DNA from: a virus
DNA: 64,000 nt
Strand: one strand, 5' to 3'
Virus record (IMG/VR): IMGVR_UViG_3300042988_001121
Span: 114,210 to 178,209 of that record
Shown here: positions 62,675-64,000 of the stretch, in pieces
Layout: each line of letters opens with the position of its first letter
Numbering within the stretch: the first letter of the stretch is position 1
Notes under the pieces: generated by a model
What the model saw: only the letters and a program-made list of their open reading frames with translations
What the model was told of the DNA's origin: nothing
Database searches by the model: none
Position numbers and translations under genes: made by a program

Positions 62675-64000
62675 TGTTTAGTGCAAATTCTTCGGCAGCT
62701 AGTTCCGACAAATTATACGTCGATGACGTATTCAGCACTTACCTTTACACAGGCAATGGGTCATCTCTGACGATCAACAACGGAATTGATCTTGCGGGTA
62801 AGGGTGGGATGGTCTGGATTAAGAGACGAAATGGCGCTGAAAGCAACGTACTGCTGGATACCGTTAGAGGGACTAATTCCGTACTTGTCACTGAAGGCTC
62901 CAACCCTGCACTATCAGGATACCCGTGGAATGATGTTGTCACTGCGTTCAACACGAACGGGTTTACTGCTGGTGCCAGCGTCAGCACTATCAATACTTAC
63001 GCCTCTTGGACATTCCGCAAAGCACCTAAGTTTTTTGATGTGGTGACTTATACGGGTACGGGTTCATATATAGATGTTAGCCATTCGTTAGGAGTGAAAC
63101 CGGGGTTGATCGTCGTGAAGCCATTATCACAATCTGGGTCATGGTGCGTATGGGCACGTGCCTCCGATACCGATTGTGCAACTTCGGGATTTAATCTTAA
63201 TACCGTTGACGCCGCTACGTACATAAATTCAGCGTTTAACGGATATGCAAATGCGTCCAGCTTTAATACCCTTGCATTAGGCGCAAACATAGCAAATTGC
63301 AGTCTATCCGGCGTCACCTACGTAGCTTACCTATTCGCCCACGACACCAGCGCAGACGGGTTGATTCAATGCGGAAGTTTTACTACCGATGCATCAGGCA
63401 ACGCTTCAGTGACTTCGTTGGGGTGGGAACCTCAGTTCTTGCTGGCTAAATGTGCGTCATCCACAGGTGATTGGTTGGTGTTGGATAGCCAGCGTGGATG
63501 GAATATGACCGCCAACGATGCTGTATTAAAAGCCAACTTGACAGATGCCGAGTCAACATCCACCGAGTACGGTAATCCAACTGCAACTGGTTTTGATTTC
63601 AAAGGTGGTTCGGCAAGTCAGACCTACATCTACATGGCAATTCGCAGACCTAACAAGCCGCCGACAACGGGAACACAGGTTTTTACGCCCTACGCAGATG
63701 CTTACAGCGGGTATGTGACAGGCGATTCATCTTCGTCACACCCTAGTAAGATTGATTCTGTTTGGTACGCAGCGAGGAATTTCCCTACGATGCCGACAGA
63801 CAATGGATCAATGAAGGTGTTTTCTGTCACAGACCGTGTTCGTGGGTTTGATGGCACATCTGCAATTGGCAGCGGGCCTATATTTACGACCCCTACTTTG
63901 AATACGTCAGCCACCGCCGCAGAAACCACTACTTCGGGAAATATATTGCAGAGGAAGGATCAGCCCCCTGCAATGTATTTCGGTATGAACTACGGAAATA
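62674..64000 (+). CDS. Tail fibre-associated / receptor-binding protein, partial; runs off the window
   Basis: Not in the track (no stop). Read by hand: MFSANSSAASSDKLYVDDVFSTYLYTGNG...GGMVWIKRR...DTVRG...YASWTFRKAPKFFDVVTYTG...H.LG..PG..IVK...GWEPQ. Confidence 0.8.
   Translation, partial: MFSANSSAASSDKLYVDDVFSTYLYTGNGSSLTINNGIDLAGKGGMVWIKRRNGAESNVLLDTVRGTNSVLVTEGSNPALSGYPWNDVVTAFNTNGFTAGASVSTINTYASWTFRKAPKFFDVVTYTGTGSYIDVSHSLGVKPGLIVVKPLSQSGSWCVWARASDTDCATSGFNLNTVDAATYINSAFNGYANASSFNTLALGANIANCSLSGVTYVAYLFAHDTSADGLIQCGSFTTDASGNASVTSLGWEPQFLLAKCASSTGDWLVLDSQRGWNMTANDAVLKANLTDAESTSTEYGNPTATGFDFKGGSASQTYIYMAIRRPNKPPTTGTQVFTPYADAYSGYVTGDSSSSHPSKIDSVWYAARNFPTMPTDNGSMKVFSVTDRVRGFDGTSAIGSGPIFTTPTLNTSATAAETTTSGNILQRKDQPPAMYFGMNYGN

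Noticed and set aside
39542-63929. Minus-strand ORFs over the structural genes
   Set aside because: Antisense shadows caused by Thr/Gly/Val-rich codon bias.

Overview
A 64-kb segment of a large T4-like myovirus genome, probably infecting a proteobacterium (Betaproteobacteria is only my inference). The left 38 kb is almost all on the minus strand. It holds accessory and early genes: NAD salvage (NAMPT plus NadM-Nudix), a UV-repair glycosylase, a cassette-like array of small genes with a C4-type antisense RNA, an inserted tnpB, RNA ligase, a dispersed ADP-heptose pathway, an ADP-ribosyltransferase, a GP88-like protein, thioredoxin, dCMP deaminase and an SLT. It also holds a single-chain topoisomerase II and T4 core genes (gp59, gp33, RNase H, gp46/47, gp55, gp2, gp4, gp26, gp54). 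From 38.4 kb the plus strand carries baseplate and tail genes (gp48, gp53, hub, gp5, gp25, gp6, gp7, gp8, a VrlC/DUF4815-like giant split into two ORFs, tail fibres). The most notable signals are: a -1 slippery site (U7) that would extend gp26 into a start-less conserved ORF, like tail-chaperone G/GT frameshifts; a giant Ig-repeat protein split inside one repeat; a late-promoter-driven TnpB with omega-RNA-like structure that may interrupt a gene; two unexplained structured non-coding regions; and phage heptose biosynthesis. All family assignments come from motifs recognised by eye, not from database searches. No tRNA, rRNA or CRISPR array was seen.
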